Positions 48,091 through 58,162 of a stretch of 64,000 bases of DNA are shown piece after piece. Under the pieces are notes generated by a model. The model did not search any database. It was not told the origin of the DNA and saw only the letters and a list, made by a program, of their open reading frames with translations. Every line of letters begins with the position of its first letter. The stretch's first letter is position 1. The stretch lies in assembly GCA_050015075.1 (NCBI GenBank), contig JBEKCB010000011.1, positions 1-64,000 on the forward strand, given 5' to 3'. A program made the position numbers and the translations under genes. This stretch comes from Candidatus Brocadiia bacterium. GTDB lineage: Bacteria > Planctomycetota > Brocadiia > CAIUPP01.

Positions 48091-49797
48091 CCTCGCGCCT
48101 TTCCCTTTCGGCGGCGTGGCGCGCGCGTTGAGCACGTTCGATTTCTCTAGCCATCCTCGCTGCGCCGTGGCGACGCCGTAGCGCATCAGTTGCAGGTCCT
48201 CGGTGCTGTGCGCGTCGGTGTTGATGACGACCTGGACGCCCAGTTCCTTCGCGCGGCGGCACGCCTGGTCGGTGAGGTCCAACCGCAGCGGGTTCGCGTT
48301 CAGCTCGATGGCCGTCCCATTCCGCGCTGCGGCCTTGAGCACCGCCTCGACGTCCACCGCGTACCCCTCGCGCCGGCCGAGCAGCCGGCCGGTCAAGTGG
48401 CCGATGCAGTCCACGTTCGGGTTGGCGACCGCCTTGAGAATCCGCTGCGTCATCTTCTCCTTGTCCTGCCGGAAGGCGCTGTGGACGGAGGCAATGACGA
48501 AATCGAGCTTGGCCAGCGCCGAGTCGGGCAGGTCGAGCGTGCCGTCGGCGCGGATATCCATCTCCGTCCCGGTCAGCAGCGTGATGTCGCGGAGTTTTTT
48601 CGCCGCGGCGCGCACCGCGGCGACCTCTTTCATGAGGCCGTCCACGTCGAGCCCGCCGAAGATCTTGAGCGCGCGTGTGTGGTCCGAGATCACGATGTAC
48701 TTGCGCCCGAGCGCCCGGGCGGCGCGCGCCATTTCCTCGATCGTGTTGCGCCCGTCGCTCCATTTCGTGTGGACGTGCAGGTCGCCGCGGATGTCGCCCA
48801 ACTCGATCAGCCTCGGCAGCGCGCCTTTCTGCGCGGCCTCGATTTCGCCGCGGTCCTCGCGCAGTTCGGGCGGGATCAGCGGCAGCTTCAGCGCGCGGTA
48901 AACTTCCTCTTCCGTCCGCCCGGCGATGCGCCGGTTGCCCTTGAAGATGCCGTATTCGCTCAACTTGAGCCCGCGCTCGCGCGCCATCGCGCGGAGGCGG
49001 ATGTTGTGCGCCTTCGAGCCGGTGAAGTACTGGAGCGCCGCGCCGAACGCCTCCGGCGGCACCACGCGCAGGTCCACCTGCACGCCGGACTCCATCACGA
49101 TGCTCGCCTTCGTGCCGCCCGCGCCGAGGATGCGCCGGACCTCGGGCAGTTTCGTGAATGCGCCGATGATCTTGCTGGAGGCGGCGCCCGCTCCCGCGGC
49201 GAGGATGTCAATATCGCCGATCGTCTCGCACATGCGCCTGAGACTTCCGGCGGCGAGCGCGCCCCGGACGCCGCGCTCTTCGAGCTGTGCGACGATTTTC
49301 TCGGCGAGCGGCAGCGCCTCGCCGAGCAGCATCCGCCGCGAACTGGCCTTGGCGAACTTGATCGCTCCCAGAAAGCCCGCCGCCTTTTTCGCGCCGATGC
49401 CCGGCACCCCGGCGAGCTTTCCGGTGCGCGCGGCCTCGGTGAATTCCCTGAGCGTGTTGATCCCGAGTTTCTCGTGGACCTGCGCCGCCGTCCGCGGCCC
49501 GACGCCGGGGATCTCCATCATCCGGAGAACGCCGGGCGGGACGGCTTTCAGGACCTCGGTGAGTTTCTCGATCTTGCCGGTCGTCAGCGCCTGGACGATT
49601 TTCTTCTCGATACTCTCGCCGATGCCGGGAAGTTCCTTCAGCCGATTCTCGCGAACGAGCGTCGCGACATCCTCCGTCTGGTCGCGCAAGACGCGCGCGG
49701 CCCTGCGGTAGGCGCTCAGCTTGAACGGGTTCTCGCCCTTGAATTCGAGAAGATTGGCCAGCGTTTCGAGCATTCCTGCGATTTCGTCGTTGCGCAT
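48088..49797 (-). CDS. polX: DNA polymerase/3'-5' exonuclease PolX (PHP domain)
   Basis: GENPFK..AY, AGSLRR..ETIGDIDIL, YFTGSKAHN, GDLHVHTKWSDG, NTDAH. Confidence 0.96.
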   Translation of the reverse strand: MRNDEIAGMLETLANLLEFKGENPFKLSAYRRAARVLRDQTEDVATLVRENRLKELPGIGESIEKKIVQALTTGKIEKLTEVLKAVPPGVLRMMEIPGVGPRTAAQVHEKLGINTLREFTEAARTGKLAGVPGIGAKKAAGFLGAIKFAKASSRRMLLGEALPLAEKIVAQLEERGVRGALAAGSLRRMCETIGDIDILAAGAGAASSKIIGAFTKLPEVRRILGAGGTKASIVMESGVQVDLRVVPPEAFGAALQYFTGSKAHNIRLRAMARERGLKLSEYGIFKGNRRIAGRTEEEVYRALKLPLIPPELREDRGEIEAAQKGALPRLIELGDIRGDLHVHTKWSDGRNTIEEMARAARALGRKYIVISDHTRALKIFGGLDVDGLMKEVAAVRAAAKKLRDITLLTGTEMDIRADGTLDLPDSALAKLDFVIASVHSAFRQDKEKMTQRILKAVANPNVDCIGHLTGRLLGRREGYAVDVEAVLKAAARNGTAIELNANPLRLDLTDQACRRAKELGVQVVINTDAHSTEDLQLMRYGVATAQRGWLEKSNVLNARATPPKGKGAR

Positions 49798-49928
49798 CGT
49801 GTGCCCCTGTCTTTCGTGACACCTGGATATCTTGCCCGCTGAAGCGCCCGCCCCGTTTCCATCGTACATCGGCCGCTCAAACGAAGCAAGGAAAGCAAAT
49901 GAATTGCCACATGCTGAGAATTTTCTTA

Positions 49929-49957
49929 TTGACGAAGGCGACGTATGTCGGTATAAT
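49929..49957 (+). promoter_or_regulatory. Near-consensus sigma70 promoter about 540 bp upstream of rny
   Basis: TTGACG-N17-TATAAT. Confidence 0.8.
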
Positions 49958-49989
49958 GCAAGAGCTTTTGCGGATTGTCAGTTCATAAC

Positions 49990-50460
49990 GCGGTCGGAGT
50001 GCGTGGCTGCGTGCGGGCTGGTCCGCGCAGGCGGGAGGAAGAGAGTCTGAGATCGTGTTCTCCCGTGGGCGAGTTTGAGCGTTTTGTGGAATCGGCAAAA
50101 TGAGCCTTCTGTCTGAACAGGTCGGCAGGCGGGCGTCGCCGGGGGTCGGCAAGGTCTCTGCGATCTTCCTCCTGATGGCGCTGGTCGGCCGGCTGATCGG
50201 ACATGTCGTGGCTCGGTTCGCTTTGAGCATTTGCTGCCTGATGCGCGCGTTCTGGACCGGGACTATCGGACCCAGGCTGTTCGGCGTGCGGCGTTTCGAC
50301 TCGTCTGCGCCGCGGACGGCCGGGCCGGCTTTGCAGCCACAGGCTGAAATCCTGGTTTACTTGCCGAACGCGTAAGCTCGGGGATTCCGCGCTCGCCTCG
50401 CACACCTCAAACCTCTTCTCTCGGGTTATCCCGTCTCCGCGCAGCCCCTGCGCCTCCGCC
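49990..50460 (+). ncRNA. Candidate large structured RNA or rny 5' leader (possibly an enlarged 6S-like RNA)
   Basis: Nested long-range helices 50005-13/50438-46, 50032-51/50405-23, 50067-74/50391-98, 50086-93/50383-90, 50122-29/50360-67, 50183-94/50318-30, many with G-U pairs. Confidence 0.55.
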
Positions 50461-50495
50461 CTGAACAGCACACTTGAGAAAGGCGGGAGGATTCG

Positions 50496-52088
50496 ATGTT
50501 GAATCTTGCGCAAGTGGTGCAGGCGACGGGCTTCTGGACGAGCGACAAGGTCCTGCTCCTGACGGGGCTGTGCGGCCTCCTCGCGGGCGGCATGGGGATT
50601 TATGCCATCAGTTGGCTCCGGGCCAGCGGCGCGGTCGTCCGCGCCCGCAAGGTCATTGCCGACGCCTCCGAGCAGGCCGAGCGCGTGAAGAAAGACGCCG
50701 AGGTCGCCGCGAAGGAGGAGTACATCAAGCGCCACGAGGCGCTCGAGTCGGAGGGAAACGCGCAGCGCGGGGAATTGCGCGAGACGGAGAAGCGCCTGAC
50801 CAAACGCGAAGACGGCCTTGAACACAAGCTCGACCTGCTGAACAAGAAGGAAAATTACGTCGAGACCCTCGAGCGGAGCGTGGCGGCCAAGCGCAAAGAG
50901 CTCAACGCCGAACAGGCCGAGCTCGAGCACTTGATGGAGCAGGAGAAGATCACGCTGCACAAGCTCTCCGAGCTCACGCGCGAAGAGGCGCAACAGCTCC
51001 TGATGCGCCGGCTCGAGGACGAGCTGCAGAAGGAATGCGCGGAGCTGGTGGCGCGCCGCATGGCCGAGGCGAAGGAGAACGTCGAGCGCGAGGCGCGCAA
51101 AATCCTGGGCATCGCCATCCAGCGCTACGCCGCCGACCACTGCGTCGAGAGCGTCGTGGCCGCCGTTGAACTTCCCAGCGACGACATGAAGGGCCGCATT
51201 ATCGGCCGCGAAGGCCGCAACATCCGCGCCTTCGAGAAAGCCACCGGCATGGACGTGGTCGTGGACGACACGCCCGGCGTGGTCGTCATCAGCGGCTTCG
51301 ACGGCGTCCGCCGCGAGATGGCCCGCCGCTCGATGGAAAAGCTCGTCCGCGACGGCCGCATCCATCCCGCTCGCATCGAGGAGGTCGTCGAGCAGTCCAA
51401 GAAGGAGATGGAGCAGGTCATCATGGACACCGGCAAGGAAGCCGCGTTCGACGTGGGCCTGCACAACCTCCACCCGCTCGAACTCGAATGCCTCGGCCGC
51501 CTGAAATTCCGCACCAGCTACGGGCAGAACCAACTTCAGCATTCGATGGAGGTCGCGCACCTGGCCGGCACGATGGCCGCCGAACTCGGCCTCGACATTC
51601 AGCTCGCCAAGCGCTGCGGCCTGCTCCATGACATCGGCAAATCCGTGGACCAGGAAGTCGAAGGCTCGCACCCGCAGCTCGGCGCCGACATCGCCCGCAA
51701 ATGCGGCGAGCCGACCGAGGTCGTCGAGTCCATCGCCGCCCATCACGACGACATCACCGCCGCGAACATCTTTGTGGTGTTGGTGAGCGCGGCGGACGCC
51801 ATTTCCGCGGCGCGTCCTGGCGCGCGGCGCGAGACGCTGGAGAAGTACGTCAAGCGCCTGCAGCGGCTCGAGGAGATCGCCGGCGCCTTCCCGGGAGTCG
51901 AGGTCGCCTACGCCATCCGCGCCGGCCGCGAGGTGCGCGTGATCGTCACCGCCGACCGCGTGGATGAGAAGATGTCCGCCAAGATGTGCCGCGACATCGC
52001 CAAGGAGATCGAGGCGGAAATGACGTATCCGGGCGAGGTCAAGGTGACATTGATCCGCGAGAGCCGGTTCGTCGAAGTGGCCCATTAA
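50496..52088 (+). CDS. rny: Ribonuclease Y
   Basis: N-terminal TM, coiled coil, KH ([17 protein letters not shown]), HD (LLHDIGK), [14 protein letters not shown]. Confidence 0.98.
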   Translation: MLNLAQVVQATGFWTSDKVLLLTGLCGLLAGGMGIYAISWLRASGAVVRARKVIADASEQAERVKKDAEVAAKEEYIKRHEALESEGNAQRGELRETEKRLTKREDGLEHKLDLLNKKENYVETLERSVAAKRKELNAEQAELEHLMEQEKITLHKLSELTREEAQQLLMRRLEDELQKECAELVARRMAEAKENVEREARKILGIAIQRYAADHCVESVVAAVELPSDDMKGRIIGREGRNIRAFEKATGMDVVVDDTPGVVVISGFDGVRREMARRSMEKLVRDGRIHPARIEEVVEQSKKEMEQVIMDTGKEAAFDVGLHNLHPLELECLGRLKFRTSYGQNQLQHSMEVAHLAGTMAAELGLDIQLAKRCGLLHDIGKSVDQEVEGSHPQLGADIARKCGEPTEVVESIAAHHDDITAANIFVVLVSAADAISAARPGARRETLEKYVKRLQRLEEIAGAFPGVEVAYAIRAGREVRVIVTADRVDEKMSAKMCRDIAKEIEAEMTYPGEVKVTLIRESRFVEVAH

Positions 52089-52100
52089 TGTCGTTAATGG

Positions 52101-52248
52101 ACCACCAAGACACCTAGGCACCAAGGACGACGACTGATATTGCAACCACGGAACACACTGAAGACACTGAAGCCGTTTAGGAAAGTCATTCGGTGTGCTC
52201 CGTGTATTCCGTGGTGGGAGCCGTTGTCTTTTTGTGCCTTCTGGTGGT
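52101..52248. repeat. Nested inverted tandem repeats of two unit types between convergent rny and dnaJ
   Basis: Outer CACCAAG-type arms 52101-25/52228-48; inner CACGGAA/CACTGAA-type arms 52144-71/52189-216. Confidence 0.75.
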
Positions 52249-52260
52249 GAGCAAGCCGTG

Positions 52261-53388
52261 CTATTCCGCCGGAATTCCCGCCGAGCGCGCGAACTCCCGC
52301 AGAAGCTTTTTCTGCTCCTCCGTGAGGTTCGTCGGCGTCGTGACGCGGATCGTGACGTAATGGTCGCCGGCGCGCCCGTCGGCGGTGGTCACGCCGCGGC
52401 CGCGCAGCCGCAGGGTCGTCCCCGGCTGCGTCCCCGCAGGAATGCGCAGCGCCACGTCGCCGTTGATCGTCGGCACATGCACCCGCGCGCCGAGCGCCGC
52501 CTGGACGGCGTTGATGGTCGCCCCGCCGTAGATGTCGTCTCCCTTCCGCTTGAACTGCGGATGCTCCTCGACGCGCACTTCCACCAGCAGGTCGCCGCTC
52601 GGCCCGCCGTCGCGCCCGGGCTGGCCTTGCCGCGCGAGGCGGATTTTCTGCCCGTCGCGCACGCCGCGCGGGATCTTCAGGCGGAACCGGCGCGTGGCCT
52701 GGATCTCGCCGGTCCCGTTGCACTTCGAGCAGGGCTTGGCGATCACCTCGCCGCGGCCGTAGCAACGCGGGCAGGGCCGGCTGAACGCGAACGCGCCCTG
52801 GACGGCCTGCACGTTTCCGGCGCCGTGGCATACCGGGCAGACCTGCGAGCGCGTGCCCGGCTCGCTGCCGCTGCCGCCGCAGCGGTCGCAGGAGAATACG
52901 CTCGGGATCGCGATCTCCGTCTCGCCGCCGTGCGCGGCCATTTCGAACGGCACCTGCAGCGCCACCTCGATGTCCTCGCCTTGCTGCGGCCCTCGGCGCC
53001 GGCTGCGGCCGCCGAACGGCGCCTCGCGCCGGAAGAACTGGCTGAAGATATCGCCCAGGTCGCCCGACTCGGCGCCGGAGAAGTATTCCTCGGCCTGCGG
53101 CGCGCTGCGCGGGCGGCCGCCCTGGCGGCTGCGGAATGAATCCCAGAACTCGCTCCCGGCGAACCCCTTCGCGCGCGCCTCGCCGAACTGGTCGTACTGC
53201 GCGCGCTTGTCCTTGTCGGTCAGCACGTTGTGCGCCTCGTTGATCTCCTTGAACCGCTGCTCGGCGGTCTTTGAGCCCTTGTTCCGGTCGGGGTGATATT
53301 GTTTCGCCAGGTGGCGGAAGGCCTTCTTGATCTCCTCCTCGCTCGCCGTGCGCGGGACGCCGAGAATCTCGTAGTAATCTTTTGCCAT
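52261..53388 (-). CDS. dnaJ: Molecular chaperone DnaJ
   Basis: [12 protein letters not shown], four CxxCxGxG repeats, C-terminal GTQPG domain. Confidence 0.95.
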   Translation of the reverse strand: MAKDYYEILGVPRTASEEEIKKAFRHLAKQYHPDRNKGSKTAEQRFKEINEAHNVLTDKDKRAQYDQFGEARAKGFAGSEFWDSFRSRQGGRPRSAPQAEEYFSGAESGDLGDIFSQFFRREAPFGGRSRRRGPQQGEDIEVALQVPFEMAAHGGETEIAIPSVFSCDRCGGSGSEPGTRSQVCPVCHGAGNVQAVQGAFAFSRPCPRCYGRGEVIAKPCSKCNGTGEIQATRRFRLKIPRGVRDGQKIRLARQGQPGRDGGPSGDLLVEVRVEEHPQFKRKGDDIYGGATINAVQAALGARVHVPTINGDVALRIPAGTQPGTTLRLRGRGVTTADGRAGDHYVTIRVTTPTNLTEEQKKLLREFARSAGIPAE

Positions 53389-53623
53389 AACTCGGCATTG
53401 TAAGCCATGCGCGCGGCGTCTTCAACTCACGCGCGACGGCGGTGCGATATTCGGTGCAGTCGTGGCCGGCGAGGCAATGTCATCGCCGGCCTGATAGCCA
53501 TGTGAAGGGAACGCAGAAGTCCGCCTGATTTGCGTAGGAAAGTTCTACACAGGCGGAGGTTGCGCGAATGCAGCTGTGCGCTTAACTACCGTCAGTGCAG
53601 TATGATAAGATAATCGAGCCAGA

Positions 53624-53639
53624 TGGCATATCGTTTGCG
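53624..53639 (+). promoter_or_regulatory. sigma54-type -24/-12 site
   Basis: TGGCAT-ATCGT-TTGCG upstream of the DUF4159/MoxR cluster. Confidence 0.5.
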
Positions 53640-53662
53640 GTCTCCTTAAGCGCGAGTGCATC

Positions 53663-53719
53663 GCTTGTAGTGACGCCGTCAGGCGCTAAGTCGTATGCCC
53701 TTACGGGCACACTACGAGC
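53663..53719 (+). repeat. GTAG REP doublet copy 3
   Basis: GCTTGTAGTGACGCCG...CGGGCACACTACGAGC. Confidence 0.85.
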
Positions 53720-53842
53720 GGCACGCCACGAGCAAAAGTTATTGCGTTCACACTGCCCTGGTGATACGATGGAACGCGCGAGTGGGCATCTTCATCGGGC
53801 CGCGCTCTACGGATTCTGCGCAGAGCGCAGGAGGGAATCGTC

Positions 53843-55357
53843 ATGCTCCGTAAAATGACCGCGTTGGGGTTAGCGGTTTGCCTGTTCTACGGCGCAGTCG
53901 CCGCGGCGCAGGAGGACATTCCGAGAGGGCCGTGCGGTTCGAAGCCCGTGGCGCCGCCGCAGTTCCGCAAAGGCGGCGAAGGCGTTCCGCCGCTGCCGCT
54001 GCCGGCCACGCCGCTGCGCCGCACCGAGCGCAAGCGCCCGCCCTCACCGCCGGTCCTCATCGCCAAGATCCAGTTCGGCTCGCTGAAAGAGCTGAAAGTC
54101 TCCGACGGAATCCTGCACTATTACGACTGGAACAAGGACCCGGCCGACATCCCGAACCTGCTCAATGACGCCGCCGAGCGCGCGCTGAATGTCCATTACA
54201 CCTGGAAGTCCGGCCCGCTCAGCGCCTTCGCGACCGATCCCTCGCAGTACCCGATCTACTATTACACCGGCAGCGACGACTTCACGCTCAGCGACGCCGA
54301 CGTGGCGCGGCTGCGCGACTACGTCCGCGCCGGTGGCGTGATCTGGGGCGACACCGCGCTCGGCGACCCGGACTTCTTCAAGGCGTTCGTCCGCGAAATG
54401 AGCAAGGTCCTGCCCGACCGCAGCTTCCACCGCCTCAACGCCGACCATCCGCTGTTCAACTGCTATTACCCGATGAAGCAGGTGGTCTACACGCGGCCCG
54501 TGCCTGACGCGCCCAACGGCGAGCCGGTGTTCTACGGCGTGGACCTCGGCGCGCGGACCGCCATCATGATCTCGCGCTACGGCCTGAGCTGCGGCTGGGA
54601 CGGCCACAAGCGCGCCGGCGCGTACAACGTGGACCCGAACGACGCGCGCAAGCTCGGCGTCAACATGATCGCCTACGCCCTGGCGATGTACCCCATCTCC
54701 ATCTACCAGAGCGCCGCAAAGATTTATTACCAGGAGGACGAGCGCCCGCGCGGCGAGTTCGTCCTGGCGCAGGCGCGGATCGGCGAGAACTGGGATTCGC
54801 AGTTCAACGAGATCGCCAACCTGCTCAAGACCACCGCGATGAAGACCAGCGCCGAGATCAAGTTCGAGCGCAAAGTCGTGGACCTCGGCAAGAGCGACCT
54901 GCAGAGCTATCCGTTCCTCTACATCACCGGCGAGTACGATTTCACGCTCAACGCCGTGGAGAAGCGGGCGCTGAAGACCTACCTGGCTGCGGGCGGCTTC
55001 ATCCTGGCGAGCCCTTCGTGCGGGTCGAGGGAATTCGACCGCGCGTTCCGCCGCGAGATCGCCGACCTGTTGCCGGGCCATCCGCTGGAGCGTCTGCCGC
55101 CGGAGCATCCGGTGTATGCCATCCTGAACAAAATCAAGGGCGTCGGCTACTCCGACTACGTCGAGAAGACCGGCGAGACTCCGCCGGCGCTCCCGCTGGA
55201 AGGCGTCTCGGTCGGCGCGGCGACGCCGATCATCTACAGCCCGTACGGCATCGGCGGCGGCTGGCGCGGGTTCGACAACCCGTTCGGCCGCGACATCGCC
55301 TCCGACGACGCCACGCGGCTGGGCGTGAACATCATCCTTTACGCCATGACGCACTAG
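53843..55357 (+). CDS. Secreted tandem-DUF4159 domain protein
   Basis: Signal peptide; two repeats of YP..Y.TG..DFTL...L..Y..AGG...F.RE....LP...GVN.I.YA. Confidence 0.85.
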   Translation: MLRKMTALGLAVCLFYGAVAAAQEDIPRGPCGSKPVAPPQFRKGGEGVPPLPLPATPLRRTERKRPPSPPVLIAKIQFGSLKELKVSDGILHYYDWNKDPADIPNLLNDAAERALNVHYTWKSGPLSAFATDPSQYPIYYYTGSDDFTLSDADVARLRDYVRAGGVIWGDTALGDPDFFKAFVREMSKVLPDRSFHRLNADHPLFNCYYPMKQVVYTRPVPDAPNGEPVFYGVDLGARTAIMISRYGLSCGWDGHKRAGAYNVDPNDARKLGVNMIAYALAMYPISIYQSAAKIYYQEDERPRGEFVLAQARIGENWDSQFNEIANLLKTTAMKTSAEIKFERKVVDLGKSDLQSYPFLYITGEYDFTLNAVEKRALKTYLAAGGFILASPSCGSREFDRAFRREIADLLPGHPLERLPPEHPVYAILNKIKGVGYSDYVEKTGETPPALPLEGVSVGAATPIIYSPYGIGGGWRGFDNPFGRDIASDDATRLGVNIILYAMTH

Positions 55358-55395
55358 GCGGCGTATTATTGACGTTTGCATAAAGAAAGGAATGC

Positions 55396-55474
55396 TCTCG
55401 CCAAGACGCCAAGAGCGCCAAGAACGAAAAAACCTGATGCTGTTGTCCTTTGCGCTCTTTGCGTCTTGGCGAGA
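55396..55474. repeat. Inverted tandem-repeat hairpin, CGCCAAGA-type unit
   Basis: CTCTCGCCAAGACGCCAAGAGCGCCAAG ... CTTTGCGCTCTTTGCGTCTTGGCGAGAG. Confidence 0.85.
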
Positions 55475-55554
55475 GACCTTTCCTTTTCTTACGCAAAGAT
55501 CAATAGCCGCCGGCGGCGGTTGAAAAGCCCAATATATAAGGGTTTATCTGTAAT

Positions 55555-55570
55555 TGTTTCACGTGGAACA
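55555..55570. promoter_or_regulatory. parS centromere-like site (ParB/Spo0J binding)
   Basis: TGTTTCACGTGGAACA matches the TGTTNCACGTGAAACA consensus on the reverse strand; AT-rich context. Confidence 0.85.
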
Positions 55571-55886
55571 TAATGGTATTTCTGATAGGCTTTGGCGCGC
55601 CATGCCGCCGTCATGCCGCCACATCGGGCCGCAATGAGGCCGGAGCGTCTGCGCATTGTCCGTAGGTCGGCGGCCATTGATGAAGCGACGGGCCTGCAGC
55701 GTCCTGAACAAGATCAAGGCGGTCAGGCGTCTCCATCGGCTCGGCGGCGCGACCCCGGTCGACGTGAACATTTTTACGCGATGACGCGTTAACAAAAATG
55801 CCGACTTGACCGCCCGAGCCTCGGCGAAGGCAGATTGCCGATAACTAATTCCTGGTGTCTAGTCCCATGTTCAGCGAGGTATCCCT

Positions 55887-56993
55887 GTGGAAAATGAAGA
55901 GGTAGTTGAGCCTCATCTGCGCGCCGAAGCTCCGGCGCGCGCGGAGCCGCTGGTGGAGGACGAGGAGAAACTCATCGCGCGGCTGGGCGAGGTGCGCGCG
56001 AAACTGCTCAAGGAGGTCCGCCGCGTCATCGTCGGACAGGACGAGGTGCTCGAACAGCTCCTCATCGCCATGTTCTGCCGCGCGCACACGCTCGTCGTCG
56101 GCGTGCCGGGGCTGGCGAAGACGCTGATCGTGCGCACGCTCGCGCGGACGATGAACCTGGACTTCAAGCGCATCCAGTTCACGCCCGACCTGATGCCCAG
56201 CGACATCACCGGCACGGAGATTCTCCAGATTGACCCCGAGACGCAGCAGCGCGATTTCAAGTTCATCCCGGGCCCGGTCTTCACGAATATCCTGCTCGCC
56301 GACGAGATCAACCGCACGCCGCCGAAGACGCAGGCGGCGCTGCTCGAGTGCATGCAGGAGTACCGCGTCACCTCCGCCCGGCGCACCTACAATATCAAGC
56401 CGCCGTTCTTCGTGCTCGCCACGCAGAACCCGATCGAGCAGGAAGGGACGTACCCGCTGCCCGAGGCGCAGCTCGACCGGTTCATGCTGAACATCATCAT
56501 CCAGTACCCGTCGCGCGAGGAGGAGATCGAGATCATGCGGCGGACGACGACGGAGGAGACGGCGGAGGCGCGGCTGGTGATGGACGCCGCGGAGATCCTG
56601 CAGGTCCAGCAGATCGTCCGGCGCGTGCCGGTGAGCGACCACGTGCTGGAGTACGTCGCCGACCTCGCGCGCGGGTCGCGGCCGAACTCGGAGAACACAT
56701 TCCAGTTCATCCGCGACTGGGTCGAGTGGGGCGCCGGTCCGCGGGCGGCGCAGTACCTGGTGCTCGGCGCCAAGGCGCGCGCGGTGATCGCCGGGCGGTT
56801 CAACGTCTCCTGCGCCGACGTGCGCGCGGTGGCCCTGCCCGTGCTGCGGCACCGCATCATCACCAATTTCAACGCCGACAGCCAGGGCGTGAGCGTGGAC
56901 GACGTGGTCGCCAAGCTCCTCCAGAGCGTGCCGGAGCCGTCGGAAGCGTCGTACGCCAAGAAAAGCGCCCTTCGGCCGGAGAAGCGGCGATAG
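55887..56993 (+). CDS. moxR: MoxR family AAA+ ATPase
   Basis: GVPGLAKT, RIQFTPDLMPSDITG, LADEINRTPPKTQAALLE, ATQNPIEQEGTYPLPEAQLDRF. Confidence 0.96.
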   Translation: MENEEVVEPHLRAEAPARAEPLVEDEEKLIARLGEVRAKLLKEVRRVIVGQDEVLEQLLIAMFCRAHTLVVGVPGLAKTLIVRTLARTMNLDFKRIQFTPDLMPSDITGTEILQIDPETQQRDFKFIPGPVFTNILLADEINRTPPKTQAALLECMQEYRVTSARRTYNIKPPFFVLATQNPIEQEGTYPLPEAQLDRFMLNIIIQYPSREEEIEIMRRTTTEETAEARLVMDAAEILQVQQIVRRVPVSDHVLEYVADLARGSRPNSENTFQFIRDWVEWGAGPRAAQYLVLGAKARAVIAGRFNVSCADVRAVALPVLRHRIITNFNADSQGVSVDDVVAKLLQSVPEPSEASYAKKSALRPEKRR

Positions 56994-56995
56994 CA

Positions 56996-57112
56996 ATCGT
57001 CCTCGTCGTCGTCCTCGCCCTCGTCCTCGAATTCCGTACGGAACGACCGAGGACGAGGACGAGGACGAAAACTAATTCGAGGACGAGGACGACGACGAGG
57101 ACGAGGACGATA
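56996..57112. repeat. Inverted hexamer arrays (GTCCTC)n / (GAGGAC)n
   Basis: Direct inspection. Confidence 0.88.
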
Positions 57113-57123
57113 AAAGACGAACG

Positions 57124-58023
57124 ATGCCCAAAGCCTTTCATAGCACATATTACGATCCCGCCCGCCTGGCCAAGCTCGGCAATCTGCAACTGCTGGCGCG
57201 GACGGTGGTCGAGGGGTACATCAGCGGGCTGCACCGCAGCCCGTTCAAGGGGTTCAGCGCCGAGTTCGCCTCGTACCGCGAATACCTGCCCGGCGACGAC
57301 CTGAAGCACTTCGACTGGAAAGTCTTCGCGCGCTCGGACCGGAAGTACGTGCGGGAGTACGAGGAAGAGACGAACATGACCTGCACGGTGGTCCTCGACG
57401 CGAGCGGCTCGATGTCATATCACTCCGACGGGATCAGCAAGCTGGCGTACGGCTGCTACCTGGCCGCGGCGCTGACGTACCTGATGGTGCAGCAGCGCGA
57501 CCAGGTGGGGCTGCTGATCTTCGACGAGGCGGTCCGCGAGCGCATCCCGCCGCGCAGCAGCCCGGCGCACATGAAATACATCCTCGACCGCCTCGAGAGC
57601 GTCGCGCCGAAGGGCCGCACCGGCCTGGCGCAGTGCCTTCACCCGGTCGTCGAGAGCCTCAAGCGGCGCGGGCTGGTGGTGATCATCAGCGACCTGATGG
57701 ACGAGCCGGACGCGGTGATGAACCTGTTCCAGCACTTCCGCCACGAGCGCCATGAGATCATCGTCTTCCACGTGCTCGACAACGCCGAGATCGAGTTCCC
57801 GTTCCAGGGGCTGATCGAGTTCCGCGACCTGGAGACGCGCGAGAAGATGCAGCTTCGCGCCGAGGTGATCCGCGAGGCCTATCGCCAGAAGTTCGACGAG
57901 TTCGTGGAGCGCTATCGCCGGGAATGCATGAAGGCGAAGATTGACTACCAGCTCGTGAACACGCAGACGCCGTTCGAGCTGATGCTCGCCGCCTATCTGC
58001 GAAAACGGGAGACGCGCGGCTGA
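57124..58023 (+). CDS. DUF58 (vWA-like) protein
   Basis: GLHRSPFKGFSAEFASYREYLPGDD..FDWK, LDASGSM, IISDL. Confidence 0.93.
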   Translation: MPKAFHSTYYDPARLAKLGNLQLLARTVVEGYISGLHRSPFKGFSAEFASYREYLPGDDLKHFDWKVFARSDRKYVREYEEETNMTCTVVLDASGSMSYHSDGISKLAYGCYLAAALTYLMVQQRDQVGLLIFDEAVRERIPPRSSPAHMKYILDRLESVAPKGRTGLAQCLHPVVESLKRRGLVVIISDLMDEPDAVMNLFQHFRHERHEIIVFHVLDNAEIEFPFQGLIEFRDLETREKMQLRAEVIREAYRQKFDEFVERYRRECMKAKIDYQLVNTQTPFELMLAAYLRKRETRG

Positions 58024-58035
58024 TGGATAACGGAT

Positions 58036-58137
58036 TCAACGTCGAACATTCAACGTCCAACATCGAACGTCCAAGTGCTCATGATCGCGCCAGCGCGCAC
58101 TTGGACGTTGAGCGTTCGACGTTGAGCGTTCGATGTT
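58036..58137. repeat. Inverted heptamer arrays (AACGTCC/AACATCG)n
   Basis: Direct inspection. Confidence 0.85.
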
Positions 58138-58162
58138 CGTCCGTTCTGAGAGCTGGTGCAGA

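Noticed and set aside
27788-49960. Mycobacterial PafBC motif TGTCGG-N10-TA-N3-T near the WYL or polX promoters
   Set aside because: The TGTCGG occurrences checked lack the correctly spaced TA-N3-T
50100-50375. 91-aa hydrophobic ORF upstream of rny
   Set aside because: No RBS or family motif, atypical codon usage, and it lies wholly within the paired RNA region
49990-50460. RNase P RNA, tmRNA, SRP RNA or group II intron identity
   Set aside because: Lacks GAGGAAAGTCC, the tRNA-like CCA end, the SRP helix-8 motif and domain V
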